A stretch of DNA of 64,000 bases from an uncultured Chloroflexia bacterium (GTDB lineage Bacteria > Chloroflexota > Anaerolineae > CG2-30-64-16). The notes below the pieces were generated by a model, which was given only the letters and a program-made list of their open reading frames with translations, was not told the origin of the DNA and made no database searches. This document shows, piece after piece, positions 62,813 to 64,000 of the stretch. A program made the position numbers and the translations under genes. The stretch is taken from NCBI GenBank assembly GCA_963810095.1, contig CAWEMM010000009.1, forward strand, positions 64,001 through 128,000, read 5' to 3'. The number at the start of each line of letters is the position of its first letter. Positions within the stretch are counted from its first letter, which is position 1.

Positions 62813-64000
62813 TGATTCCTCCGCAGCCACCAGATCAGCCCCGCGCCTGCGAACGCAATCAGCGGCAGCACGACCAGGCTCACCACCGCGAGCTTGATGA
62901 AGTCCGCGCCGCGGACGATTAGCTTTTCGGCGCCGATCACGCGCGGGAGATAGTCTCCTCGCCGCGTCCCCCAGCAGCCAGCGCACTGCGCTGAGGAAGA
63001 AGTCGCGGTTCGCGTCGTTGTCGAGGTTTTCGTTGTATATGAAGGTCGAGTTGCCGATCGCCACGACCCGACCGTCGCCTGACGCGGCCTCTTTCGCCTG
63101 TCGGGAGATGGCGTATGCGAGCGGAATTGGCCCGGCAACATCCTGGCCCGTCTGCGTTTGCGACTTGATCGTCAAATCGGTGCGCATCCAGGCGTTGGGC
63201 GAAGAGGCCAGGAGCGGCTCCTTGGTAATCGTTGCTGGATCGACGTCTTTTTCGAGGAGCCCCATGGCGATGGGGAGCACCACGTACTTCTTCGCTTCGG
63301 CCAGCGCCCGGGTGATCGTGTGATAGGCGTAGCCCGGGATCAGGTAGAGCTTATTGTTCGTGACGTGTGAATACTGATCTTCCTCGACGACGAGGTTGTT
63401 GGCGATGTCGAGTCCGTACTGGTTCAGCAGCTTGTTAAAGTTGCCCAACACCATCTCGTTGGTGTTCATTGGGCTGACCAGGAACATCGCCTTGCCGCCG
63501 TTTGCCAGGTACTCATCCAGGGCCTGGTATTCGGCTTCGGAGAGGTCGCTGCGGGGCGACGCGATGATCACCATGGACGCGTCCTGCGGCACGCTGCCCG
63601 CCTTCACGAGGGACAGCGGCTGCGCGTCGTAGACGGCCAACTCCAGGGCGTCCTGGACCTTGGATAGGTCCGCGGTCAGCGACGCCTCGCCATGGCCTTC
63701 GAGGAAATAGACCCGGGGCAAGGCCGCGGCCGTCACATAGCGAATCGCGCCGGTGATCTGGCGTTCGCCCCAGAAGACCTTGCCCTCTTGTGTGTCCTGG
63801 AACATGTCGGCCTGGTAGACGAACTTTGTCTCGCCGCCCGGCACCGTGCCGCCCGAGCGCACGATGATGGTGCCGTTGTTCAACGCGGCGACGCCGATGT
63901 TCTCGGCCGCCAGGCGGCCCGGCTCGCGTTCCGCATCGATGTACTTGACCTGGACGTTCGGCGAGCCCTTGGCATATTCGTTCAGCAGCGATTCCACCAT
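62809..64000 (-). CDS. GldG-like ABC auxiliary protein, 5'-partial (frameshift near 62955)
   Basis: VYFLEGHGE, IIASPRSDLS, YLANGGK, GRVVAIGNS, NRDFF..AVRWL, C-terminal TM ending WWLRR. Confidence 0.85.

Noticed and set aside
61502-64000. 832-aa GldG-DUF4340 fusion ORF
   Set aside because: Created by an indel near 62955; the GldG C-terminal TM and stop (62809) and the DUF4340 GTG start are intact in separate frames

Overview
A high-GC bacterial chromosomal segment of about 55 genes. Pro/Ala-linker lipoproteins, MalT/BTAD regulators and REP-like palindromes suggest Chloroflexota (inference). I found no rRNA, tRNA, CRISPR array, transposase or prophage. At least 17 genes carry isolated single-base frameshifts, most likely long-read assembly errors. 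Modules in order: (1) URO-D-fold protein plus a DUF5703-like glycoside hydrolase. (2) DoxX protein, radical SAM enzyme, DUF2064 transferase and GT2; the radical SAM ORF ends in TGA-GGC-TAA followed at 11 nt by a SECIS-like hairpin, making it a candidate C-terminal selenoprotein. (3) Glucose dehydrogenase and GH15 glucoamylase converging on a pyruvate oxidase/enolase/membrane protein/gluconate-2-dehydrogenase-like operon. (4) DUF5666 lipoprotein, cupin, FAD oxidase, BTAD and MalT regulators with DUF4386/DUF6326 genes. (5) LacI-controlled corrinoid protein, URO-D/MtaA proteins, a hybrid sensor kinase-AraC protein and a sugar ABC transporter with a tandem-duplicated binding protein. (6) SDR, CDF transporter, Imm5-like, VOC and cold-shock genes. 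(7) Sugar ABC, FGGY kinase, URO-D, SorC regulator and acetoin/pyruvate-dehydrogenase-like E1/E2. (8) DUF4340 and GldG-like genes. The strongest leads are the putative Sec-tailed radical SAM/glycosyltransferase system and the corrinoid/URO-D-linked sugar catabolism loci. All family assignments come from motif recognition, not database searches.
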